From Eledone cirrhosa (Eukaryota), in NCBI GenBank assembly GCA_964016885.1, contig OZ024741.1:77066001-77130000 (forward strand): a stretch of 64,000 nucleotides of DNA, written 5' to 3'. The position numbers and the translations under genes are program-made. Every line of letters begins with the position of its first letter. Positions within the stretch are counted from its first letter, which is position 1. A model generated the notes under the pieces. The model ran no database searches, had not been told where the DNA came from, and was given only the letters and a program-made list of their open reading frames with translations. Positions 36,401-47,669 of this stretch are shown here, in pieces.

Positions 36401-36608
36401 CCCTTTAGCGTTTATATTATTCTATATATACAATTATATTTTTGTGATAAAGGCTTTATCTGACATAATGTTGAATCTAGCAGATTTTGATATTATTTAT
36501 TTTGAGAACAATACCTTAACATAAGTATGAGTGTCTAGTTGCGGCCAGTTTGAACAGAAAGAGGTGAGAGAATTCTGGCCAGATACAGCTGGTTTAAATG
36601 CTAAAAGT
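36401..36608. mobile_element. piggyBac-type MITE (TTAA flanks, CCCTTT termini)
   Basis: ttaa|ccctttagc...gctaaaagt|ttaa; homologous copy in the opposite orientation at 50381-50597. Confidence 0.7.
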
Positions 36609-36869
36609 TTAAAGGCAGGGCATAGTGATTTAGAGATTGCTCGTTATATTTCTCATGCAAGGAGGTCTTCATATTAACATTGTACGAGACTTGCACAGTA
36701 ACACAGAAGCAGCTTCTTCAGCAGAGGAAACATGTCAGCAACCATCTCATCCAATACTACTGGAGGGGACATGAATGGAGTGGAGGTGGCAGTGTGGAAT
36801 GATGATGAGGATAGCTACTAGTAAGTGCTAGTACTGGAGGGAACACGAGAATATGTCAGGTCACATTAT

Positions 36870-37735
36870 ATGCTGTCGGCTGAGTCTTCACTAGCACAGC
36901 ATAGCACCAGCCCTTGTTATCTCTATTGTGAGGTTTAGGTTTTGAGGTTGGTCTTTAATATATTGTTCCAAGTCTTACTGGATGTGCTTCTTCCATGGGT
37001 CCCAGCTACTGGGGTTTCTCTACATTTTTTATGCAGCTGCTATCTTCCATACACATCACATGTCCATACCATCACAGACTTCTCTTTTGCAGACTGCATT
37101 CAATTCCCATAATGCTAAGTTTTTCTTTCAGTTTGCTTATGCTATGTTGTTCATGCTCATTAATATTACACATCCACTTGAACATACTTGCTTCAATTCT
37201 TTCCAGCCTTTGCAGGTCTTCAGTAGTCAAGGCCCATGTTTCATTGCCATGTAGCATTGCACTTCACACATAGTCATCATACAGTCTACCTTTCCCTCTG
37301 AGAAAAAGAAATCCCTTTGTTGTCAGCAGAGGTAACAGCTCTCTGAATTTTTTGCAGCCTGTTTTTATCCTGGCTATCACACCTTCAAAGCATCAACGCC
37401 CATTACTAATTAGATTGCATAGGTAACAAAAGTTGTATATCTTTTCCATTAACTTGCCTGCAACCCACTACATCTTTTGTAAATCCATAGATTACAATGC
37501 ATGCAGCTTACAGAAATTCTGCCCACTCCTTTTTGACATATTAGACAAGGCCATTTTCCTAATGGTATCAGCTTCCTATCCACTTTCCTACTTATTAAGA
37601 CTTTCGTCTTTGCTAAATTTACTTTTAGGCCTTTCAACTCTAGATTCTTCTTCCATGCTAGAAAATTTGCCTTTAACACTTCTATGGATTCAGCTATAAA
37701 GACTAAGTCATAAACAAACAGGAGTTCCCATGGAA
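36870..37735 (-). mobile_element. Degenerate RTE LINE 3' fragment
   Basis: ORFs 37449..37679(-) LKVNLAKTKVL...WPCLICQKGVG and 37072..37257(-) MLHGNETWAL. Confidence 0.85.
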
Positions 37736-37740
37736 TGGGG

Positions 37741-38641
37741 CTTGACCAAAGCTTTTACTGTTTGTTTTTGTAGAAATATATGTCAAGAATGACTTCATTT
37801 TGCAGTTTTGGTTTTTTTACATTATTATGGCCTTGTGCCAAATGTAGAAACAATTATTTATGTGCTCTGTATCACCACATTCTTACTGCTCATTGGATTT
37901 ACATACACAAAGTTTGATTCTTAAATACATTTATGGATTATACCAGTGAGAAGATTCATCTTATATTGAAGATTGTGAAATTACATTGAGCTTGAAACAT
38001 TATTGGCATAACACTTCATACACCTGAATATTTACCCTGGATATATATATATATAATATAAATTTATTTTCAAAATGTTTATTTATTAAATATACCATAT
38101 ATCTTTAGATGTACGAAATTCACACACACACACACACACACACATATATACATATATACACACACACACACATATATATATATGTTTACAAAAAGTAAAT
38201 GGAAACAACAAAGCAAACAAGACAATACAATGCTTGATATAGTAGAAAAAGTGTCTTTACATTCAAACACTAGCCCTTCATTAGAAGATAGAATGAGAAA
38301 TAGAAGATGAAATAGAAAAAGGACAATGGAAAAAAACATTTTTGAGAAAAAGCACATGTGTGTATTCAGTCAGCCATTCATAATGGCAGGTAAATGAAGT
38401 ATTATGCCAATAATGTTTTAAGCTCAATGTAATTTGACAATCAGCAAAATAAGATCATTCTTCTCATCAATAGTATAATCCATGAAAGTGTTTAAGAATG
38501 AAACATCATGTAAGTAAATCTGATGAGTCATAAGAATCATGTGGTACTGAGCACACAAATAGGAGTGTAGAAAAAGTGAAGATGAAAAATTAAGTCATTT
38601 TAAAAAAATATATGAAAAAATAGTGAAAATCCTTGTTCAAG
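37741..38641. repeat. Old diverged inverted repeat (arms about 37741-38027 and 38388-38641), probable Penelope-like inverted pLTR remnant
   Basis: ttacattgagcttgaaacattattggcataa versus ttatgccaataatgttttaagctcaatgtaa; CTGATGA at 38520. Confidence 0.7.
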
Positions 38642-38829
38642 TTCCATTATTCATTTATAGATGTGTGTGTATATATATAACATGGTCTTCATAAATAAAT
38701 GTTGGCATAAATTAAAAAAATATGTTAGTGGAGAGTAGTAAAAGTAACTATGAAGCTATTTTTTTTATCTAGATGCAGGGTAAAATTGTAGTTTATAATA
38801 CCTAAGTATTATAATAACTATCTGCCACT

Positions 38830-39462
38830 GCCACTGCCACTGCTAACTGCAAAAGGCTTTTCCCTCAAAATAAAAGGCAGACTGTATGATGCGTGTATAC
38901 GAACAGCAATGTTATATGGTAGTGAGACCTGGGCGCTGTCTGTGGAAGACTTGAGTAGATTAGAAAGAAATGAAGCCTGCATGCTCCGATGGATGTGTAA
39001 TAGTAATATACGTGAACGGCAAAGCATAAATGAATTGAGAGAGAGACTGAGCATAAGAGGAATCAAATGCTGTTGCAGGAGAGGCGGCTGCGTTGATATG
39101 GACATGTGATGCGTATGAAGGATGACAGCTGCATAAAAAGGTGCAGAGCACTAGAAGTCGATGGAAACCGCGGAGTGGGGAGACCCAAGAAGACCTGGGA
39201 TGAGGTGATAAAAGCCGACCTTACCCAATTGCACCTCTCAAAGGCGATGACACATGACTGTGACCTCTGGCGTCACGCAGTAATACAGAAGACCCGACCC
39301 CCTCACGAGTATAAGCATATAGACAATATGCCTCCACACCCTCCCACTGCAAAGTGGTCGTGGAGGTGCCACGGCAAAAAAGCACCCAGCCCACACTGTA
39401 AATGAGGTTGGTGTTAGGAAGGGCATCCAGCTGTAGAAATCAAGCCAGAATCAGTTCCCGTA
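38830..39462 (+). mobile_element. RTE LINE 3' fragment, highly similar to 26065-26730
   Basis: MLYGSETWAL...GRPKKTWDEVIKADL; same 3' UTR. Confidence 0.9.
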
Positions 39463-39464
39463 TG

Positions 39465-40618
39465 CTACACCCAGACATCTCTCCTCGCTGACCTCGACAC
39501 TTGTATCCGAGCAGCAGCCGAGGGGATATGCAATGTCAAATTTGACGACATAGGGTAGCAACAGGCAACTTTACCTGTCAGGTATGGCGGCCTTGGCCTC
39601 CGGTCCCCGATCTCACTAGCTTTGCCGGCATATCTTTCATCGGTAACCTCGTGCCGTGTCCTCGTCAGCAGAGTTCTTCAAAACACAACAGAATCCTCTG
39701 TGTTCAGAGAACGTGAGGCCACCTGTGAGATGTGGGACCTGCTGGGACGTCCCTCCTCCTTCTCCTCCTATTGACATCAAGTCCCCCCAACGCACTTGGG
39801 ATGACATCCAGTGCAGCCTGCCCTCAGGCTCATGCGCCAGCTCGACCAGCACCGCTTTGCTTGTTTTCGTGCGGCCTCCAAACACCACAGTGGTGCCTGG
39901 TTCCATGACCTGCTCTCCTTCTCCACTGGCATGCAGCTAGACAACCATAGCCTGCGAATTGGCGTTTCCCTGAGGCTCGGCCTCTGGATCTGTCAGCCAC
40001 ATTAATGTCGCTGTGGTTCGACCGTGGACTCTTTCGCCTCCACCCGCGTTCCTGTCGCCACTGCCGGCCGCATTCCACGCCATGCTTCACTCAACGAGGT
40101 CATTAAGCATGGCTTGGATGCTGCGGGCTTCCCTTCCCAGCTTGAGCCGGTGGGGCTGGATGGAGGGGATGGCAAAAGGCCAGATCGCATGACCATCTTC
40201 CCGTTTCGCGGTGGCAAACCTCTTGTCTGGGATACCACTTGCACCGACACTTTCTGCAGCCACAACCTGGTGCAGTCTGCGACTGACCCAGGTTCTGCTG
40301 CATGTCGGGCTGAGGTGGCCAAACTCCTCAAATACTGGTCGCTCTCCGACAGGTTTGCGGTCGTACCCCTGGCAGTGGAGACTTCTGGTGTCCTCGGCCC
40401 CAGGGCTACCTCCTTACTCACCACCATAGGCGCTGAGTTGACCAGCCGCAGGTGTGAGCCCCGCGAGTTGGAGTGGCTTTTCCAGTGCGTCTCCCTTGCC
40501 GTCCTCTGTGGAAACACCTTTTCCATTCTGTCCGCCGGGGCTGTGGGTGGGCCCCATCGCGTACCTACCGTTGTAGTTGTTGTATACAGATATTAACTCA
40601 TCAATCCCATTGTCCTAA
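39465..40618 (+). mobile_element. CRE-like non-LTR retrotransposon 3' portion (CCHC knuckle and restriction-like endonuclease)
   Basis: QATLPVRYGGLG; SGAW; LRLG...CRC; RHASLN; KRPD...LVWDTTC; PLAVETSGVLG; GC- and CpG-rich; few stops and frameshifts. Confidence 0.85.
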
Positions 40619-40627
40619 TAATATATA

Positions 40628-40862
40628 TATCATCATCATTATCAGCATCGTTTAATGTCCATCTTCCACGCTAGCATGGGTTAGATGGGAGTTGTGCCAC
40701 TTGAGGGAAGGTTGGTCGGGTATTGTGTCTTGCTCATATAGGACTATCTGGCAGGCTTTCTACGGCTGGATGCCCTTCCTAACACCAACCACATTTACAG
40801 TGTGGAACTGGGAACTTTTTACCGTGTTACCTACACGGCCACATTACAGCGTTGACTGTGAG
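40628..40862 (-). mobile_element. RTE 3' UTR / SINE tail fragment
   Basis: Same sequence family as 3090-3300. Confidence 0.75.
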
Positions 40863-41179
40863 TTTTTTTTTAGTTTTTTTTATATATATATATAATTTTG
40901 TTAACTTAATTCATTTTTTATTATATTTACTGTATTTCTATGATATTTAATATTAGCTATACTATCCAATATATGACATTATTTATTTAATCAACAGTAG
41001 TAAATTGATGTTTATAACAATTTAATAGAAAAAGAAAAAAAAAACAGTTTTAGATTGAGAAGAAAGAGTGGAATGTAAAATAAGAAAATATAAAAAAAAA
41101 TGGATATGGAGTGGAAAGGCAAGGGCTCTAGCGTCACAGAAGAATGGGGAGGGTGAAGGAGGAGGGTGATTGGGCTCTG

Positions 41180-41360
41180 GGCCTAGGGTGCGGCGGTAAT
41201 GGGGCTTTACCCCGCAAACAAGACAGCAAAAGCATTCCCACTGACAATGGCCAGCAAGAGTCACCCCACCTCATGGGGCTCCTTCCTAAGACAGGCTGTC
41301 AACATTCAGATCTTGTTGAGGACGTTGGCAGTGTGGGATCCAAATACACCTGAGGTCTCG
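41180..41360 (-). mobile_element. Short degenerate CRE-like 3' fragment
   Basis: Reverse complement reads ETSGVFG...RKEPHEVG*LLLAIVSGNAFAVL, homologous to the end of ORF 40024..40596. Confidence 0.6.
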
Positions 41361-41666
41361 ATGACGATTTCCACACTATTGATAGTTTTTATTTGTATTT
41401 TCTATTATATCCCTATATAATTTCTAATATCACATCTAATTATTTCCTTTTAGTTAATTTTTAATATTTCTTACTCAGTAGTTTTCATACAAATATTTTC
41501 ATTATAATCCATCACCTACTGCTTCTACTTTTATTTCTTTCTTTTTCTCTTTCAATTTCTATTAGGTAGATATAATGAAGTTATTGTTATGTGAAATACA
41601 GTGTTAATTCTTAATGGTTTCTAATAATGGCATGTTGATTACGATATATCATGCAATTCACCTTCA

Positions 41667-41960
41667 GGTGCGTGGCATTGTGGTTAGGTTATTCAGCTCA
41701 CAATTGTAAGGTTGTGAGTTTGATTCCTGGTGGCGTGTTGTGTCAGCAAGACACTTTATTTCACGTTGCTCCAGTCCACTAAGCTGGCAAAATTGAGTTG
41801 CATCTGTAGTGCGAAGAACCAGCCTTGTGTCACACTGAAACTTCCTTAAAAGGTATATGTGTCTGTGGAATGCTCAGCCACTTGCACTTTAATTTCATGA
41901 GCAGGCCATTCCGTTGATCGGATCAACTAGAACACTCATCATAATAACCAAAGGAGTATC
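41667..41960 (+). mobile_element. CORE-type tRNA SINE (alternative 3' part)
   Basis: gtggttagg...gagtttgattcc...gcaagacactttatttcacgttgctccag. Confidence 0.75.
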
Positions 41961-42080
41961 TCCATCATGCAATTGTGATATGAAGATGTCATATTTTCAG
42001 ATATTGCTTCAGATATTACCTTCTCTGAAGACACAAAAAATGAACAAAAATCTCAGATGTGTGTGTGTGTGTGTATATAC

Positions 42081-42115
<35 letters not shown>

Positions 42116-42122
42116 CATATAT

Positions 42123-42371
42123 AGTATAAAAGAGAAAACACAAGTAAGCATTAAGAGAAGGATTTTATCCAGGTATTTACGACCGTTTCATTGGTAAGTG
42201 CAACCTTATATTGCTATACTATTTTAAAAATTTGGATGTGAACAACAATTATCATTGAGTGGCTGCTATTTGCAGTATAGCAATATAAGGTTGCACTTAC
42301 CAATGGAACGGTCATAAATACCTGGATAAAATCCTTCTCTTAATGCTTACTTGTGTTTTCTCTTTTATACT
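42123..42371. repeat. Inverted repeat IR1: 98-bp arms, 53-bp spacer, 2 mismatches
   Basis: Arms 42123-42220 and 42274-42371 read as reverse complements. Confidence 0.95.
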
Positions 42372-42538
42372 TTATACTCCAAGATTGAACGGAATTCTTA
42401 CAAACTTGTGGAGTTACCCCTAACCGTACGTTGAAACCGTCCATGTAACTGGCTTTTTTAACCACGAACTGGATCACAATAAGCAATATATATATATAAG
42501 AGAGTATTAAAGTTTGCTTGAAGCATTGTGGAATAATA

Positions 42539-43865
42539 GGTAAATATCTTTAAGTCGTTTGGAAGCCTCGACAATGCAAATGGGTAAATCTCCGGGTAAC
42601 AAGAGGTGGTGGAGAGAGAGATGTAAGTGGGTGTACGTTGAGATGCGTGGTGTGTATAAGACGTGTAGAAGAATGAAGGAAAGAGTATAAAGGATAAAAT
42701 AAAAATAAGAACACGAGAGAGAGTTACCTTGGGAGAGATTTAATTGTCCCTATATATTTCGGATTCACATTCATCAACTGGGGTTTTTTTCCGGGTTGGG
42801 GGAAAGGTTGTCTGTCGGAAAGGTGCGAAACGCGTCCTCCGCTGTTTGTTGTTTTGAATATCTGAGGTATTCAACAGAGCGCGTGTGCGCGTGAAATGGG
42901 GTCGGTCGGGCAGAGGTCAGCGGCCGAATGTGGGAGTGGGGTGGTGCTAGCTGTCAATCCATTCTCTGCCTGTTTGTTAAATGTTACTGTGTGTGTGTGT
43001 GCGTGTGTTGTTGTCTCGCTTGAGTGTGTGTGTGTTTTTGCTTTGTTCTTACCTAACACACTAAAAACACATAGACAAATGTGGAAACAAAGACGGAAGG
43101 CCCATTGTCACAATTCTAGCGACTGAAAGAAACGTTGGCACGTTACGTATCAAGGAAGCGCTTTTTATCAAACGCCTTGCACCGCAAATAAACAATCGAT
43201 CTGAGAGAAGCAAAATGAGGTGGCTGGTTTAAGTTAACAAATGAATCAGCAACACACGCAGACACACACACAAACGAGACAACTACACACGCACACGCAC
43301 ACACACACAGTAGCATTCCACCATACGAACATACTACACTGCCAATACAGAGGAACAAGGCAACAACACACACACACTCAAGCGAGACAACAACACACGC
43401 ACACACACACACAGTAACATTTAACAAACAGGCAGAGAATGGACTGACAGCTAGCACCACCCCACTCCCACATTCGGCCGCTGACCTCTGCCCGACCAAC
43501 CCCATTTCACGCGCACGCGCGCTCTGCTGAATACCTCAGATATTCAAAACAACAAACGGCGGAGGACGCGTTTCGCACCTTTCCGACAGACAACCTTTCC
43601 CCCACCCCGGAAAAACCCCCCAGTTGATGGATGTGAATCCGAAATATATAGGGACAATTAAATCTCTCCCAAGGTAACTCTCTCTCGTGTTCTTATTTTT
43701 ATTTTATCCTTTATACTCTTTCCTTCATTCTTCTACACGTCTTATACACACCACGCATCTCAACGTACACCCACTTACATCTCTCTCTCCACCACCGGAT
43801 CTTGTTACCCGGAGATTTACCCATTTGCATTGTCGAGGCTTCCAAACGACTTAAAGATATTTACC
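42539..43865. repeat. Inverted repeat IR2: about 510-bp arms, about 300-bp spacer; PLE pLTR-like
   Basis: Arms 42539-43049 and 43351-43865; mirrored ORFs 42896(+) and 43505(-) MG(S/L)VGQRSAAECGSG. Confidence 0.95.
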
Positions 43866-44064
43866 AATATATATATATATTGAGTGTTACACCTATAATC
43901 TTTTAAATATATATATATATATACTTAGGTTAATATGAGTTAGGTATTGTATACCCGTGTCCCATTAAGGTATTGGCAGCATAATAATTAGCTCTATGCT
44001 TTGGAGCAGAGCCGTATATATGATAAAGAACACAAGAGAGTCTACAACATCAAAAGATTTTTAT

Positions 44065-44113
44065 TGGCTTACAATGTTTCTTCCTTACGTAACCGTAGGA
44101 TTCGTCAGAGCTA
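44065..44113 (-). ncRNA. Putative minimal type I hammerhead ribozyme (mirror copy, same strand as CDKL1)
   Basis: Exact reverse complement of 45163-45211. Confidence 0.65.
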
Positions 44114-45162
44114 TAAAAGGGGTTTGATTGGTGTTATGGACTCTACCAACCGAACATTCAAGAACAAAGAGTAAAGAGAGTAAAGAGCAAAAGCAGGGGA
44201 CGATAAGTCTAATTTTGGTGTGGGAGGGTGGGGTGTGGGTCCTTGTTTACTAGCTGCGGTCATATTCATTCCCGGGAGTCGAGTGGTTAGTTGAGCCATA
44301 GATGGGGTGGCGTCGATAGTAGGGTGCAGAGTGTGTGCAGAGGCTACACACACACAAAGGGCATACAATATATATATAACGGAGGAGAAAGTACATGAGG
44401 CATCTGCTGTGGTGTCAAAAACAAACGCACATGACCACACAGATGAACAATGGACTATGCCACGTGGCTTGAACCTGCAAGTGAATTGAACGATGTGTAA
44501 CTCTGATATACAGATTATTTATTATTAAGATGTATAAACTTGACATAACTATTATCATCTTATATTCTCTCAACTAATCACATTTGATTATATTTCTCTC
44601 TCCCGTTTTCTCCCCCCATATTTATAATATTTTTATTTGAAAAAATTGTTTTTTTTACATTGTGTTTTCCCCTTCTAATACTTGCTTATATTTCTTTATA
44701 TATTCTCTATACATTTTTTATATATATTTTTTATCTTTATTCTTATTTTCACTTTTATCCTCCTTTATATTTTACCTTATTCTTAATCTTATACCTTATT
44801 ATAGTGTAATCTTCCCCATGCCTTATTATACATTATTAATTATAGATTATTATTATTACTCTTTTTCCATTTCTAATTACCTCATGTACTTTCTCCTCCG
44901 TTATATATATATTGTATGCCCTTTGTGTGTAGCCTCTGCACACCCTCTGCACCCTACTATCGACGCCACCCCATCTATGGCTCAACTAACCACCCGACTC
45001 CCGGGAATGAATATGACCACAGCTAGTAAACAAGGACCCACACCCCACCCTCCCGCACCAAAATTAGACTTATCGTCCCCTGCTTTTGCTCTTTACTCTC
45101 TTTACTCTTTGTTCTTGAATGTTCGGTTGGTAGAGTCCATAACACCAATCAAACCCCTTTTA

Positions 45163-45211
45163 TAGCTCTGACGAATCCTACGGTTACGTAAGGAAGAAAC
45201 ATTGTAAGCCA
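45163..45211 (+). ncRNA. Putative minimal type I hammerhead ribozyme
   Basis: tagct-CTGACGA-(a tcct acg gtta cgt a agga a)-GAAAC-att-GTA-agcca, then AATAAA; position 10.1/11.1 is a non-canonical A.A. Confidence 0.65.
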
Positions 45212-45427
45212 ATAAAAATCTTTTGATGTTGTAGACGCTCTTGTGTTCTTTATCATATATATATAGCCAACATTGTTGGCTAATAAAGACTTTTGATGTA
45301 TTGAAGGCTTCTTTGTTTTATTTTCATAATTCTTCGGCTCTGTTTAATTACATTGAGCTATACCTTTTACTGTCATTTCTATAATACGAAGAGGGTGTTT
45401 AACTCCAACACGCTCCAGTATTTTAAT

Positions 45428-45459
<32 letters not shown>

Positions 45460-45462
<3 letters not shown>

Positions 45463-45791
45463 ACACCACCGCCACCCCATCCACACCGCCCCTTTCAATG
45501 TAAAGTTACGTTGGTGCCACAACATCCAGGCCGAAACAAATGAGATCGTGTAGGACAAAAAAACACACAGTCCACGCTGTAATGTGGCCGTGTAGGCAAC
45601 ACGGTAAAAACCTCCCAGTCCCACACTGTAAATGTGGTTGGTGTTAGGAAGGGCATCCAGCTGTAGAAAACCCGCCAGACAGTCCTATGCGAGCAAGACA
45701 ACCACTCTTGCCTCAAGTGGGAAAACTCCCATCCAAACCCATGCAAGCGTGGAACATGGACGTTAAACCATGATGATGATGATGATGATGA
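45460..45791 (-). mobile_element. RTE 3' UTR fragment
   Basis: Same family as 3090-3400 and 5830-6178. The (GAT)n tail lies at the right end, so the element itself reads on the + strand. Confidence 0.5.
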
Positions 45792-45832
45792 TATATATAT
45801 ATATATACATATACACATACACACATACATAT

Positions 45833-46126
45833 GGAGGTGCATGGCTTAGTGGTTAGAGCATTGGCCTTGCAATCGAAAGGTTGTGAGTTCAATTCTCAGA
45901 CTGGGTGATGTGTTGTTTCCTTGAGCAAGACACTTTATTTCACATTGCTCCAGTTTACTCAGCTGTAGAAATGAGATGATAGGGACTGCAGTCCATATCA
46001 TTCCACTGCAAAGTGGTCGTGGAGGTGCCACGGAAAAAACCACCCAGCACTCACTGTAAATGAGGTTGGTGTTAGGAAGGGCATCCAGCTGTAGAAATCA
46101 AGCCAGAATCAGTTCCCGTGCCACCC

Positions 46127-46131
<5 letters not shown>
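45833..46131 (+). mobile_element. CORE-type tRNA SINE whose 3' half is shared with the RTE LINE 3' UTR
   Basis: A-box tggcttagtgg; B-box gttcaattc; core ccttgagcaagacacttt; tail aggaagggcatccagctgtagaaatcaagccagaatc. Confidence 0.88.
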
Positions 46132-46161
<30 letters not shown>

Positions 46162-46162
46162 G

Positions 46163-46207
<45 letters not shown>

Positions 46208-46411
46208 CAGTCTTGTCTGATGATCCAGCATGTACACCAGAGTAACATTTTGCCATTAAATGTGTATTTAAAATCTTCTTTGGTATTGAGTACTTTTTCT
46301 CACATCTGTCAATAACACACACACACATTCACACATATATACATATATATATATATGTATACATGCATTCATACATGCATACATACATAGATGCATACAT
46401 ACATACATATA

Positions 46412-47645
46412 TCTACGGACCTCAAAGCGTAGGAGCCCATCTCTCGAGCAAGTCTATCTGCACGAAACAGATAAGATCATGAGAGTTGGGAAGGAACTCC
46501 TCAAGAGGTATTCCCTGTGTGATAATCAAAAACTCACACCCAGGGAAGTTGCTCAGCAGTATCGCAGTGAATCCATGGATGAAAAACTGCATGCTTATCA
46601 GCAAAAAATCATGCATGGATATGTTGCCAGGAAGCTCCAGAGTGAGAGTAATATAGATAAAGAAAGTAGTCTATCTTGGACCAACAACCGCTATATTGGC
46701 TCCCACTTTGAAGGATACGCTTTTGCAATCCAAGAACAGGAAATTAACACAAAATACCTGATTCACAAAAGAGATAGGGATGCAGGCAAAACACCTATAT
46801 GTGATAACAAGTGCAGACTCTGCAGAATTAACATCGAAGATGTCACCCATGTCATAAGCAGCTGTCCAAAGATGTCATCGCGGTACTATCTACATATGAG
46901 GCATGATGTAGTGCCCAAAACACTGTACAATGCAATCCGTAGAAAAGATAGCCCCAATAATAAACACATTAAAAGCTACAGCAATATGGAAGACATACAT
47001 ATACATAATATGAAAGAGTACTGGTGGAATGTTCCAGTAAAAATCCCAATAAAATGCAGGCATAACAGACCAGATGTTATGATATGGGACAGGGAAAAGA
47101 AGGCATGCACAGTAGTAGAAGTTAGCTGTCCAGCAGATGCCAATATAATATCAAAGATTAGTGAAAAGAAGAATATTTATGCAGAACTGATGAGAAATCT
47201 GCAGATACTCCACCCTGATTATATCTTCAGATTTATGCCTGTGATTATTGGGGCACTGGGATATGTTAGTAACTGCCTCAATACAAATCTTGAGAAGCTG
47301 GGCTTCACAGGAACAGAAAGAACAAAACTAGTTAGGAAATTACAAGTACAATCCATTAAAGGAACAGTAAAAATATGTAAAACATTCCAAAAATTTTGCA
47401 TCTATTAACTACATATAAACATGCACAGATACTAAGCATAAACACATGCACACATACAACTCAAAACATCCACATCCACACATATAATAACATCCATATC
47501 TACACATGCATGCATGCAGAAATGCATACATACATACATACCTACCTAGTTGATGTTGTGTAAATTCCAATGAGAGAGTCTTGTGTCTATGTTAGAAACC
47601 TCTCTCTATTGGCAAACATTTGTGAAATTATAAAACCAGAAGAAC
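46412..47645 (+). mobile_element. R4/Dong-like non-LTR retrotransposon 3' portion with intact 309-aa ORF (CCHC and RLE endonuclease)
   Basis: ORF 46479..47408: AIQEQEINT, CRLC...HVISSC, RHD, NRPD...VVEVSCP...K, PVIIGALG; (CATA)n on both flanks. Confidence 0.92.
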
Positions 47646-47669
47646 AAACATACATACATACATACATAC

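Larger units (their letters stand above)
44015..45262. repeat. Inverted repeat IR3: about 385-bp arms, about 480-bp T-rich spacer; PLE pLTR-like
   Basis: Arms 44015-44400 and 44880-45262; mirrored ORF ends ...VESITPIKPLL*. Confidence 0.95.

Noticed and set aside
42810-42845. Second hammerhead in IR2 (GAAACGCGTC) and GAAACGGTC/GAAACCGTC in and after IR1
   Set aside because: The stem III/cleavage half looks right, but no CUGANGA core with a pairing stem II could be placed upstream
42896-45165. Paired mirror ORFs in IR2 and IR3 as duplicated small genes
   Set aside because: Low-complexity, no recognisable domain, explained by the inverted repeats
45833-45905. tRNA gene
   Set aside because: tRNA-like A/B boxes continue into SINE core and tail with no proper acceptor stem; this is a SINE head
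46479-47408. Domesticated host gene (longest ORF in the window)
   Set aside because: 5'-truncated retroelement C-terminus with its own 3' UTR and sibling copies nearby
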